Positions 28,543 to 37,043 of a stretch of 49,651 nucleotides of DNA are shown here, piece after piece. The translations under genes were made by a program, and so were the position numbers. The stretch is taken from assembly GCA_017390195.1 (NCBI GenBank), contig JAFPCR010000002.1, forward strand, positions 1 to 49,651, read 5' to 3'. The notes under the pieces are model-generated. The model was not told the origin of the DNA. It was given only the letters and a program-made list of their open reading frames with translations, and did no database searches. Position 1 is the stretch's first letter. Each line of letters opens with the position of its first letter. This DNA is from Clostridia bacterium. GTDB taxonomy: Bacteria; Bacillota; Clostridia; Oscillospirales; CAG-272.

Positions 28543-29871
28543 TTATAAACGCACATATATACCGCCGGGCATGGTGCGAATCAATCCCATTATTTCGAGT
28601 GTTGTCAAGGCGGCAATTATATCCCCCGTATTTTCGCTCACAGAAACAAAATTATCTAAAAGCATGGGGCTTCCCTGCTTAAACATAGAGTACACTGTTC
28701 TGTGTATATCGTCAAGCGTTGAAAGTACGTCCTCTGCATATCCGTTCGAGGGCTGCTCGATCTGATCGTCTTTTATATGGGACTCTTTTTCTGTAGCTTT
28801 TGATGTTTGGGATGTTACATTTTTGCTTGCATATGAAGGACGCTCATAATTTTTATAGGTCTCGTCTCTTTTTGCACCGTCCGAAGAGTCCAAGCTTTCA
28901 GCGGAACGGACTCCGTATCTTTTCAGAACGCCCTCATCAAAATCGGAATGCTTCTTTGCTTTGAGCATCTTTATCCTGTCGGTGACTTTGTAATACAGCG
29001 GTTCATACTCGTTATATATGTCATCCGATTCAAGAGCAACATATATTCCGTCACGTATAAGACGGTTTGTTCCGTCGGTATTCTCGTCTCCGACGTTTCC
29101 GGGCATGGCAAAGACCTTGCGTCCCTGAAACATTGCTTCCTTTGCAGTAATAAGAGCTCCGCTCTTAGCTCCCGCTTCAACGATAAATGTTGCGCTGCAA
29201 AGACCGCTTATTATGCGATTTCTGCGTGGGAAGTGCATTCTTTCGACCCCAACATCGGGCGGATACTCTGAAATGATCACTCCATGCTTTGCGATCGCAC
29301 GTCTCAATGTAGTATGCGATGCAGGATAGGTGGTATTAAGTCCGCAGCCAAGCACGGCGACCGTCGTACCGTTCGCCGCAAGTGCCGCACACGCCGATAC
29401 CGAGTCTATACCGTACGCCATTCCGCTTACTATGATGATTCCCGCAGCGGCAAGCTCATATGATATTTTATACGCACTTTTCATGCCGTATTCACTCATG
29501 CTGCGTGTTCCGACGATCCCGAGAAATGCGTCTCTGTTCACGTCAGGCCACTTTCCCTGATAATAAAGCACCATGGGTGGGTCTATGATATTTTTGAGTG
29601 TCAAAGGATACTCTTTGTCGTAATATGTGATGATACCGTATCCGTTCATGGCACAGTCATCCATTATCTTACAAGCACGGTGAAGACTTTTGTCGCACAG
29701 TCGTGCCACGATATCTTCAGGCACGTCATCGAGTGCGTAGTAGTCCTCTTCGGTCGCCCTGTATATCTCATACGGTGTGCCGAATTTATCGATAAGATTC
29801 AAAAAGTATGTATTTTTCGTCTTGGGCATCTTTAGAGACAGCCATATCCAATATAATGTTTGATTTTGCAT
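28543..29871 (-). CDS. dprA: DNA processing protein DprA (Smf)
   Basis: Rossmann-like core (GIVGTR..S.YG, GMAYGID, E....SGAL.TA). The C-terminal winged-helix-like tail is separated from the core by a hydrophilic linker of about 80 aa. 442 aa. It lies upstream of topA as in Bacillus. Confidence 0.9.
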   Translation of the reverse strand: MQNQTLYWIWLSLKMPKTKNTYFLNLIDKFGTPYEIYRATEEDYYALDDVPEDIVARLCDKSLHRACKIMDDCAMNGYGIITYYDKEYPLTLKNIIDPPMVLYYQGKWPDVNRDAFLGIVGTRSMSEYGMKSAYKISYELAAAGIIIVSGMAYGIDSVSACAALAANGTTVAVLGCGLNTTYPASHTTLRRAIAKHGVIISEYPPDVGVERMHFPRRNRIISGLCSATFIVEAGAKSGALITAKEAMFQGRKVFAMPGNVGDENTDGTNRLIRDGIYVALESDDIYNEYEPLYYKVTDRIKMLKAKKHSDFDEGVLKRYGVRSAESLDSSDGAKRDETYKNYERPSYASKNVTSQTSKATEKESHIKDDQIEQPSNGYAEDVLSTLDDIHRTVYSMFKQGSPMLLDNFVSVSENTGDIIAALTTLEIMGLIRTMPGGIYVRL

Positions 29872-29949
29872 ATATCTTTCCTTTTTGATCCTTAGTTTTG
29901 ATTGTGTGTTCGAATTTTATCCGAACGCTTAAAGTCACGTGGGTGAATT

Positions 29950-30837
29950 TCAAAGAGATGACTTTCTCAATTCCCACATAAATATTGATGCAGCAGTTGC
30001 CGCATTCAGCGATTCCGCACCGTCCGCTATAGGAATAAACACCCTTTTATCGCAAGCATCAATGATCTTATCGGACAATCCGTGCCCCTCATTTCCTATG
30101 ACGATACAGTCGTGGGAGAAAAGTTCAAATTCACCGAGCCTCTGTGCGTCTTTCGTAAGAGTTGCGGCAAACACCCTTCTGCCCGATTCCCTTAACTCTT
30201 GGATAACGGTACACATATCCTCTGCGATACTTATTTTCAAGCTGAACAGTGTTCCCATCGAAGCACGCACGGTCTTAGAATTATATATATCGGCACAGTC
30301 TGAGCTTAATATAAGTCTGTCTATTCCCATTGCCACGGCACATCTTATAACAGCTCCCAGATTTGATGGGTCCCGCATCGATTCGGCAAGGATGATTTTC
30401 TCTTCCTTATATTGTACTTCATTTGAGCCTACTTTATTTATTGTAGCGATTTTATGGAATTTGTCAATATATTTTCCTACACATATTACTCCTTCGGGAG
30501 CTTTTTCGGTAGAAATTTTGTCAAACACCGAATCGCTTATCTCACATATCCTGCAATTCTTTCCGAATTCGACATCAAAAGATGAAAGTGTTCTGCCTAC
30601 GATCTTTTCGGTCTTTTCCAAAACGCTTTCGAGCGAAGACTGACGGAACAGAATATGCGTAAGCTCTACGCCCGACCTTATCGCCTCGGCAAAGAGCTTT
30701 ACCCCGTCAAATCTGAACGAACGTGACCTTTCACGCTCCTTTTTATCTTCGAGCTTTACCGTCCATACAACTACAGGGTTTTGGCGTGATGTTATGGTCT
30801 GCATTCCCGATATTTCCATTTTTGATACCCCTTTCAT
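29950..30837 (-). CDS. TrmH/SpoU-family RNA 2'-O-methyltransferase
   Basis: SpoU methylase motifs (RDPSNLGAVIR, VIGNEGHGLS, IPI..GAESLNAA). It lies downstream of rplT. The start may be the internal ATG at 30819. Confidence 0.85.
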   Translation of the reverse strand: MKGVSKMEISGMQTITSRQNPVVVWTVKLEDKKERERSRSFRFDGVKLFAEAIRSGVELTHILFRQSSLESVLEKTEKIVGRTLSSFDVEFGKNCRICEISDSVFDKISTEKAPEGVICVGKYIDKFHKIATINKVGSNEVQYKEEKIILAESMRDPSNLGAVIRCAVAMGIDRLILSSDCADIYNSKTVRASMGTLFSLKISIAEDMCTVIQELRESGRRVFAATLTKDAQRLGEFELFSHDCIVIGNEGHGLSDKIIDACDKRVFIPIADGAESLNAATAASIFMWELRKSSL

Positions 30838-30960
30838 TTTACATTACGGTGTGTGTATCCGCACACACGGATCATTTAACCTTTCAAACGAATTTGATCC
30901 GCATATGCCGATATACAATAGCAAGCCACAAGTTGTTTTTTCTGCCCTTTTCTTTGGAAA

Positions 30961-30994
30961 AGGGACTGTTGCCATCTATTTAGCAACAGTCCCT
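30961..30994 (-). terminator. probable terminator of the infC-rpmI-rplT operon
   Basis: 12-bp stem agggactgttgc / gcaacagtccct, followed on the minus strand by TTTCC. Confidence 0.5.
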
Positions 30995-31005
30995 ATATTT
31001 ACAGC

Positions 31006-31359
31006 TCAGAGAGCTGCTTTAGCCTTTTCTGCGAGCGAAGCAAATGCAACCTTATCTGCTACTGCAAGCTCTGCGAGCATCTTGCGGTTGAGGTCTATGC
31101 CTGCCTTCTTGAGGCCGTGCATAAATGTGGAATAGTTCATTCCGTTTACCTTTGCCTGTGCCGAGATTCTTGCGATCCAGAGACGACGGAAGTCTCTCTT
31201 CTTTGCCTTACGGCCTGCGAATGCATAGTTTCCACTCTTTAATACGGCCTCTTTAGCCATCTTAAAGTGCTTGGATTTTGCTCCCCAATAGCCTTTTGCA
31301 GCCTTGAGAACTTTATTTCTTCTTTTGCGAGTCATCATCGCACCTTTAACTCTTGCCAT
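31006..31359 (-). CDS. rplT: 50S ribosomal protein L20
   Basis: [26 protein letters not shown].. is a canonical L20 N-terminus. 117 aa. Confidence 0.97.
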   Translation of the reverse strand: MARVKGAMMTRKRRNKVLKAAKGYWGAKSKHFKMAKEAVLKSGNYAFAGRKAKKRDFRRLWIARISAQAKVNGMNYSTFMHGLKKAGIDLNRKMLAELAVADKVAFASLAEKAKAAL

Positions 31360-31383
31360 CTTTTCTTACCTCCGTTTTCCTGA

Positions 31384-31581
31384 TCACTTCTGAATGAGTG
31401 CTCTGTAATTTGCAGTGACCTTGTTACTACTGATCGTAGTAGTTGTACGAAGGTGTCTGATTCTCTTTGCACTCTTGTTACCTGTGTTGTGGCGGTGCTG
31501 GCTGCGATCCATTTTGATCTTGCCTGTTCCTGTTACGGAAAATCTCTTGGCCGAAGCCTTATGTGTCTTGATCTTTCCCAT
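31384..31581 (-). CDS. rpmI: 50S ribosomal protein L35
   Basis: MGKIKTHKASAKRF.. is a canonical L35 start, with an AAGGAG RBS 8 nt upstream. The track's start at 31602 is 7 codons too long. Confidence 0.93.
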   Translation of the reverse strand: MGKIKTHKASAKRFSVTGTGKIKMDRSQHRHNTGNKSAKRIRHLRTTTTISSNKVTANYRALIQK

Positions 31582-31723
31582 TTTATTTACTCCTTTACTC
31601 ATTTGATTCTTAATTTAAAATTTAAAAATCTATCATCAATCCGCCGATATCCTCGACGGTAAAAAATGAACGCTTGACATTTCCGTGCAAGGATCGCACG
31701 AAAGCTGCCGAATTTTGATTTTA

Positions 31724-32245
31724 TTACTTTGTTTTTACAGGATTGATAATTGTTGTGATCGTTCTTCCGTCAAGCGACCCCTTCTTATCAACGCTTCCCA
31801 CCTCAGAACAAGCGGCAATAAATTTACTGAGTATCTCTTCGCCCAGTTCTATGTGACTCATCTCACGTCCCTTAAAACGAAGAACTACCTTTACCTTATT
31901 TCCTGCGGAAAGAAACTTCACCGCATTACGAACCTTTGTTTCAAAGTCGTGAACGTCAATTCGGCATGAAAGCTGAACCTCTTTCAATTCAACAGTCTGC
32001 TGTTTTTTCTTTGCTTCTTTTTCCTTCTTTTCACGGTCGAAACGGTATTTGCCGTAGTCCATTATCTTGCAAACCGGCGGTGTAGCCGTAGGTGCCATCA
32101 AAACGAGGTCGAGTCCGAGGTCGTATGCGGTCTTGAGTGCCGCATCAGAGGACATTACCCCAATAGGCTCTCCGTCCTGTCCTACAACTCTCACTTCTTT
32201 GAGTCTTATCTCCTCATTGATCTGCAAATCTTTCGCTGTGCTAAT
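31724..32245 (-). CDS. infC: translation initiation factor IF-3 (ATT start)
   Basis: The IF-3 homology begins at ISTAKDLQINEEIRLKEVRVVG. A GGAGG box lies 9 nt upstream of an in-frame ATT at 32243-32245. The 52 codons upstream in the track ORF overlap leader hairpins and a terminator. Confidence 0.88.
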   Translation of the reverse strand: MSTAKDLQINEEIRLKEVRVVGQDGEPIGVMSSDAALKTAYDLGLDLVLMAPTATPPVCKIMDYGKYRFDREKKEKEAKKKQQTVELKEVQLSCRIDVHDFETKVRNAVKFLSAGNKVKVVLRFKGREMSHIELGEEILSKFIAACSEVGSVDKKGSLDGRTITTIINPVKTK

Positions 32246-32261
32246 CTCAACACACCTCCAA

Positions 32262-32405
32262 ATGTAAAATAAAGTAAAAAAATAAATCGCACGAAGCAAA
32301 CCCGTGCGACCGCAAATATCCGCCAAAGCGAATACAAAATCAATCAATATCAACCGAGCTCGCTCTTTGGCGGCAGGGTGAGAACGGGAGTTCTGCTTCA
32401 TTTAC
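32262..32405 (-). promoter_or_regulatory. L20-type leader / transcription attenuator of the infC operon
   Basis: On the minus strand there is a long-range helix (CCGCCAAAGAGCGA at about 32360-32373 pairing with TCGCTTTGGCGG at about 32319-32331). It is followed by the hairpin TCGCACGGGTTTGCTTCGTGCGA (32287-32309) and the run TTTATTTTTTT. This layout matches the Firmicute L20 leader. Confidence 0.6.
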
Positions 32406-32411
32406 TGTGAC

Positions 32412-32440
32412 ATTCTATCACACTTTTCTTCCCTTGTCAA
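32412..32440 (-). promoter_or_regulatory. sigma-A promoter of the infC-rpmI-rplT operon
   Basis: On the minus strand: TTGACA (32435-32440), a 17-nt spacer, then TGaTAGAAT (extended -10, 32412-32417). Confidence 0.7.
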
Positions 32441-32695
32441 TAGTTATCGTAAAAATTTTCTTTCTTTTTATTGCAATAGCTTGATCTTTTCACAAAAAGG
32501 CTATTAAAACAGGTATTAAATGTAAAAAATTGGAATTTAAGTACGACATTTCGGCGTGTCGTATGGCAAAATATCCAAATTGTAAACAAAAAACGCCCTT
32601 ATTTTTTACCCCATATTATTTTCAACGAATTTTGTCACAAAAAATCGTGCATTTTATACATTTACTTTTTGCCCATAATGTAGTATAATTACCTG

Positions 32696-32825
32696 CGAGG
32701 TAGGAGGTGCGTCTGTATCTTATTTCAGATTCACTCCGTTAAAAGCACAACAACCATCGATCTGTTCGGAGATTCAATCTTATGAATCCGACTCGTACAG
32801 GCGATCGTCATGTTGTGCTTTTTTC
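32696..32825 (+). ncRNA. candidate small RNA or cis-acting leader of unknown family
   Basis: Putative promoter TTTACT (32661-32666), 17 nt, TATAAT (32684-32689). AGGAGG at 32702-32707. An 82-nt compound hairpin at 32741-32822 has an outer stem aaaagcacaaca/tgttgtgctttt and an apical stem tcgga(g)attca/tgaatccga, and ends in a T-run. Confidence 0.35.
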
Positions 32826-32894
32826 TTTTGCACCTTTTCTTGCGCGTCGATAAGGAGTCTGCTATTATTAAAATGTAAAAAATATTAAAACATG

Positions 32895-32923
32895 TGGAAT
32901 TTCTAAGTTATATATGTTATAAT
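32895..32923 (+). promoter_or_regulatory. possible extended -10 promoter of lon
   Basis: TGGAAT (32895-32900), a 17-nt spacer, then TGtTATAAT (-10 at 32918-32923). It is followed by a structured 5' UTR of about 110 nt (cgcaccg...cggtgcg enclosing tcggg/cccga). Confidence 0.45.
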
Positions 32924-33039
32924 GTATCGTATGGGTGGTATTATTACTTATTTTGATACGCCACGCACCGCCAATACCCAAATCGGGACTTCCCCGACCT
33001 GACTTTCGGTGCGTTTGCTTATATATGAAAGGATATCTT

Positions 33040-35568
33040 ATGGCTGAATATATCGAAAAGGCCGAAAGCCTTACTCTTCCCGTGATCGCTTTGCGTGGGA
33101 CCGTTGCGTTCCCCTCGATCACTCTCAGTTTTGAAATAGATGACGACGCATCTGTAGCCGCACTTAATGCGGCAAATAACGCAAATTCGTTTGTTCTTCT
33201 TCTCACAATGAAGAACCTTACAGATGAATTTTCGTGTGAAAAGTTCTCAGATTCGGCTTTTTACCGTGTCGGAACTGTAGCAAAGATCAAGCAGTACATC
33301 AAAACTCCCGACGGTCAGACAAGAGTCATCGCTGAGGGATTTTCACGTGCGGCAGTACTGTCATTTAATAAGATCGACAAGTACATCTCCGCCGATACTG
33401 TATGCAAGACCATAACCTTTGCAGATGATACCGGCATCGAGGGACGTGCATTTGCACGCACTATACTTGCGAAACTCGACGAGATCGCAAAGTACATACC
33501 CACGCTCTCAAAAGATGTTATATTATCGGCACGCTCAATAAAGAATTTCGGACTGCTCTCGGATTTCATTGCATCTAACATATTACCCAAATATGAAGAT
33601 AAGCAGATGATCCTCGAATGCTTCCACCCCCTTGAAAGAATGAGCACGTTGGCAGCTATCCTCACAAACGAGACTGCTATGCTTGATTGTGAAAGTGAGA
33701 TAAGAAAAATCACTCAGGCACGTATAAACCGCAACCAACGTGACTATTATCTTCGTGAGCAAATGCGAGTGATAGAGGACGAACTCGGTGAGGGGGCTGG
33801 TTCCGAGACCGACGAATATTACAAAAGGATAATCTCGGCAAAGCTTCCCAAGGAAGTCACCGAGAAATTGCTCAAAGAGAATGACAGAATGGCAAAGACA
33901 CCCTTCGGTTCGTCAGAGGCATCGCTCATACGCAATTACCTTGATACCTGTCTCGAGCTGCCCTGGAACACGGTAACACACGACCGCAATGACATATCTG
34001 TTGCGGCAAAGATACTTGATGACGACCACGACGGGCTTGAAAAGGTAAAGGAACGTATTCTTGAAATTCTGGCTGTAAAGCAGATAAAGCCCGATGCAAA
34101 GGGACAGATCATCTGTCTTGTTGGCCCTCCCGGAGTCGGAAAGACTTCTATCGCATCATCCATCGCACGTGCGATGAAACGCAAATTCGTTCGTGTCTCG
34201 CTCGGCGGAGTCCGTGATGAATCTGACATAAGAGGACATCGCAAGACCTATATCGGTGCTATGCCCGGCAGAATAATCGATGCTATTTCCAGAGTCGGGG
34301 TCAAAAATCCGCTCATCTTACTTGATGAGATAGACAAGATGACGCAGGACGCGCACGGCGACCCGTCGTCTGCTCTGCTCGAGGTTCTCGATTCCGAGCA
34401 GAACAAGACCTTCCGTGACCATTTTATAGAGTTGCCGTTTGACCTCTCGGACTGCGTTTTCATCGCAACGGCAAACACTCTCAAGACAGTATCACGCCCA
34501 CTGCTCGACCGCATGGAGATCATTGAGCTCAGCACATACACAAAGCGTGAGAAACTCAGCATTGCAAAGAACCACTTGATCTCAAAGCAACTAAAAAACA
34601 ACGGTCTCACTTCAAGAAATGTAAAGATGACCGATGCCGCAATATGCGAAATAATTGACTATTACACGGCTGAATCGGGGGTGCGAAACCTTGAAAGACT
34701 GATCGCCGAGATCGCAAGAAAATGTGTAAAGAAGATAGTTGAGGCAAAAGCCGCACAAAAAGCCGATGATACCAAGTCCACAAAGATCAAGCGTATCACG
34801 GTCGATGCGTCGGATGTAAAAAGCTATCTCGGTGCACGCAAGAACCGTCCCGAACACATTTCCGAGTGCGACGAGATAGGCGAAGTAAACGGACTTGCGT
34901 ACACGGAGGTAGGCGGAGATATGCTCAAGGTCGAGGTCTCTGTTCTCCCAAGCACACAGTCGGGAAAGCTTCAGCTTACGGGTTCTCTCGGCGATGTTAT
35001 GAAGGAATCGGCACATATCGCAATAAGCTATGTTCGCTCTGTTGCCGACGAATACGGAATAGATCCTACCTTCTTTGAAAAGAACGATATACACATTCAT
35101 GTTCCCGAGGGGGCTGTTCCCAAGGACGGTCCGTCTGCCGGAGTTACCCTTGTTACCGCACTTGTCAGTGCTTTGTCGGGACGTGCCGTAAAGCGTGATG
35201 TCGCAATGACGGGAGAAGTGACCTTGCGTGGAAAAGTCCTTCCCATCGGCGGTCTGAAAGAAAAGACCATGGCGGCATATTCGGCAGGGGTCAAGACCGT
35301 ACTCATTCCCTTCGACAATCTGTGCGACCTTGAAGACATCGACCCACTTGCACGTGAAGGCATGACTTTTATCCCCTGCAAAGCGGTTTCGGAGGTTCTG
35401 TCTGCCGCACTCTGTGAAAGAACATCGGGCTGTCTTATGTCGAACGGATATATTTGCACCTCTGTTCAGACAGATGCAGAATGCGACATAAATCAGCCTC
35501 CTATTACTACTATTGCTCCGTCGGTATCAAGCACGTCTGCTTCCGTAAAGGCAAAAAGATCAGAATAA
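33040..35568 (+). CDS. lon: ATP-dependent Lon protease
   Basis: N-terminal LON domain (LPVIALRGTVAFP), GPPGVGKTS Walker A, and PKDGPSAGVT catalytic serine. I prefer the ATG at 33040 (AAAGGA RBS) over the track's 32935. Confidence 0.94.
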   Translation: MAEYIEKAESLTLPVIALRGTVAFPSITLSFEIDDDASVAALNAANNANSFVLLLTMKNLTDEFSCEKFSDSAFYRVGTVAKIKQYIKTPDGQTRVIAEGFSRAAVLSFNKIDKYISADTVCKTITFADDTGIEGRAFARTILAKLDEIAKYIPTLSKDVILSARSIKNFGLLSDFIASNILPKYEDKQMILECFHPLERMSTLAAILTNETAMLDCESEIRKITQARINRNQRDYYLREQMRVIEDELGEGAGSETDEYYKRIISAKLPKEVTEKLLKENDRMAKTPFGSSEASLIRNYLDTCLELPWNTVTHDRNDISVAAKILDDDHDGLEKVKERILEILAVKQIKPDAKGQIICLVGPPGVGKTSIASSIARAMKRKFVRVSLGGVRDESDIRGHRKTYIGAMPGRIIDAISRVGVKNPLILLDEIDKMTQDAHGDPSSALLEVLDSEQNKTFRDHFIELPFDLSDCVFIATANTLKTVSRPLLDRMEIIELSTYTKREKLSIAKNHLISKQLKNNGLTSRNVKMTDAAICEIIDYYTAESGVRNLERLIAEIARKCVKKIVEAKAAQKADDTKSTKIKRITVDASDVKSYLGARKNRPEHISECDEIGEVNGLAYTEVGGDMLKVEVSVLPSTQSGKLQLTGSLGDVMKESAHIAISYVRSVADEYGIDPTFFEKNDIHIHVPEGAVPKDGPSAGVTLVTALVSALSGRAVKRDVAMTGEVTLRGKVLPIGGLKEKTMAAYSAGVKTVLIPFDNLCDLEDIDPLAREGMTFIPCKAVSEVLSAALCERTSGCLMSNGYICTSVQTDAECDINQPPITTIAPSVSSTSASVKAKRSE

Positions 35569-35589
35569 ACCGGCAAATGGGAGATTTTT

Positions 35590-36198
35590 ATGGCTCTTAA
35601 TCTACAAAACACAAATCTATTTATAAGTGCGGGAGAGGCTCGCCAGATCCCCTCAAAGGCTATCCCGCAGGTCGCCTTTTCGGGGCGTTCAAACGTTGGA
35701 AAAAGCTCACTCATAAACAATATGCTCGGAAGAAAGAGCCTTGCAAGAGTAAGCTCTGCTCCCGGAAAAACAATAACCATCAACTTCTATGAGATCGACA
35801 AGAAGATGTTCTTTGCCGATCTGCCCGGATACGGCTTTGCAAAGCGTTCTCCGCAAAGCAAGGCTCAATGGTCGTCGCTCACAGACGGATATTTTACTCA
35901 AAACAAAAATATCGACCTGCTCTCGCTCGTCGTTCAGTTAATAGACCTAAAGGTCGGAATAACCGACGACGACGCAATGATGCTCAATTTTCTTGTCGAG
36001 TCCGAGATCCCATTTGTTGTAGTTGCGACTAAAACAGACAAACTCAACAAAACAGACCGTGAAAAGAATCTTGCCGCACTTAAAGACAGTATCTACATTC
36101 CAAAGAACACTCCAATAGTTCCCTTCTCGGTTCTCAAAAACGAGGGAAGAACGGAGCTTTGGCGTTTGATCTCACAGCACACAGACATACAGCTTTAA
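35590..36198 (+). CDS. engB: ribosome biogenesis GTP-binding protein YsxC/EngB
   Basis: GRSNVGKSSLIN (G1), DLPGYG (G3), TKTDK (G4). It follows lon as in Bacillus. Confidence 0.93.
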   Translation: MALNLQNTNLFISAGEARQIPSKAIPQVAFSGRSNVGKSSLINNMLGRKSLARVSSAPGKTITINFYEIDKKMFFADLPGYGFAKRSPQSKAQWSSLTDGYFTQNKNIDLLSLVVQLIDLKVGITDDDAMMLNFLVESEIPFVVVATKTDKLNKTDREKNLAALKDSIYIPKNTPIVPFSVLKNEGRTELWRLISQHTDIQL

Positions 36199-36222
36199 TT
36201 TTTATCGAAGGGTTTCTGAAAG

Positions 36223-36999
36223 ATGACTATTATAAATAATTTTATAGAAAACCTGCCCCAGATCCTTCTCTCACTGCCGATCGTGCTGATAGCACTTTCG
36301 TTCCATGAGTTGGCTCACGGATTTGTTGCAATGAAATTGGGCGATAATACAGCTAAGAATTTAGGACGGCTTACGATGAATCCGCTCAAGCATATTGATA
36401 TTATCGGATTTATCTCTATGGTACTCTTCCACTTCGGTTGGGCAAAGCCTGTGCCGATCCAGTCGAGAAACTTCAGGAAACCCAGACGTGACATGGCACT
36501 TACGGGGCTTGCAGGGCCTGTATCAAACATAATCCTTGCAATTATAAGTGTTTTGCTTCTCCGTCTCGTAATGCTCATAATGGGAGTGGCTATGCCAAAC
36601 GAGATCAACCTCTGCATCAAAGCATTGTTCCTCGGTTCATTTTTCTCGATCTCGGCAAGTGTACCATTTATAATCATGTCGATAATCTCTTATATGCTGT
36701 ATCTCGGCGTGATTCTCAATCTCAGCCTCGCTCTGTTCAATCTTATTCCGATACCTCCGCTTGACGGCTCGAGGATATTCTATGTTTTCCTACCCGCAAA
36801 TCTCTATTTTGGAATAATGAAATACGAGCAGTATATTTCAATGGCAATGTTTTTACTTCTTATGTTTACCGATATTGTCACATATCCTTTATCGATAGCG
36901 ATAGATTGGTTGGCAAACGGACTTTGCACATTGACAGCAATGCCTTTTGCCGAGTTGTCCGGAGTTCTGCTTTTTGTATCATCAAATCTATTTGGATAA
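36223..36999 (+). CDS. site-2 protease (M50) family membrane metalloprotease
   Basis: HELAHG zinc motif in a TM helix, a second motif NLIPIPPLDGSR, and a polytopic hydrophobic profile. Confidence 0.85.
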   Translation: MTIINNFIENLPQILLSLPIVLIALSFHELAHGFVAMKLGDNTAKNLGRLTMNPLKHIDIIGFISMVLFHFGWAKPVPIQSRNFRKPRRDMALTGLAGPVSNIILAIISVLLLRLVMLIMGVAMPNEINLCIKALFLGSFFSISASVPFIIMSIISYMLYLGVILNLSLALFNLIPIPPLDGSRIFYVFLPANLYFGIMKYEQYISMAMFLLLMFTDIVTYPLSIAIDWLANGLCTLTAMPFAELSGVLLFVSSNLFG

Positions 37000-37043
37000 A
37001 CGATCTGCTTAAATCAAAACGAAAGGAAGGTCTGCGGTCCTAT

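Noticed and set aside
32246-32401. N-terminal 52 codons of the infC track ORF
   Set aside because: The region folds into the leader helix and terminator hairpin and shows no IF-3 homology. A GGAGG box sits in front of the in-frame ATT at 32245.
32563-32685. 40-codon ORF (MAKYPNCKQKTPLFF...) in the infC-lon intergenic region
   Set aside because: It has no Shine-Dalgarno sequence, its start is buried in a hairpin (acgaca/tgtcgt), and it runs through the putative promoter of the candidate sRNA.
32935-33039. N-terminal extension of lon, plus the antisense 112-aa ORF at 32868-33206
   Set aside because: The extension overlaps the putative lon promoter and structured UTR and has no RBS. Lon homology starts at the ATG at 33040. 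The antisense ORF is a shadow frame.
32456-33039. CIRCE (TTAGCACTC-N9-GAGTGCTAA) or CtsR (GGTCAAA repeat) heat-shock operators upstream of lon
   Set aside because: I scanned by eye on both strands and found no match better than scattered 4-5-mers.
36906-37043. N-terminal extension of scpA overlapping the S2P gene. Similar extensions exist for the dacB-like gene (39938-40051) and the HAD gene (9788-9859).
   Set aside because: In each case an internal ATG with a better RBS coincides with the start of family homology or of the signal peptide. The extensions overlap upstream genes or promoters.
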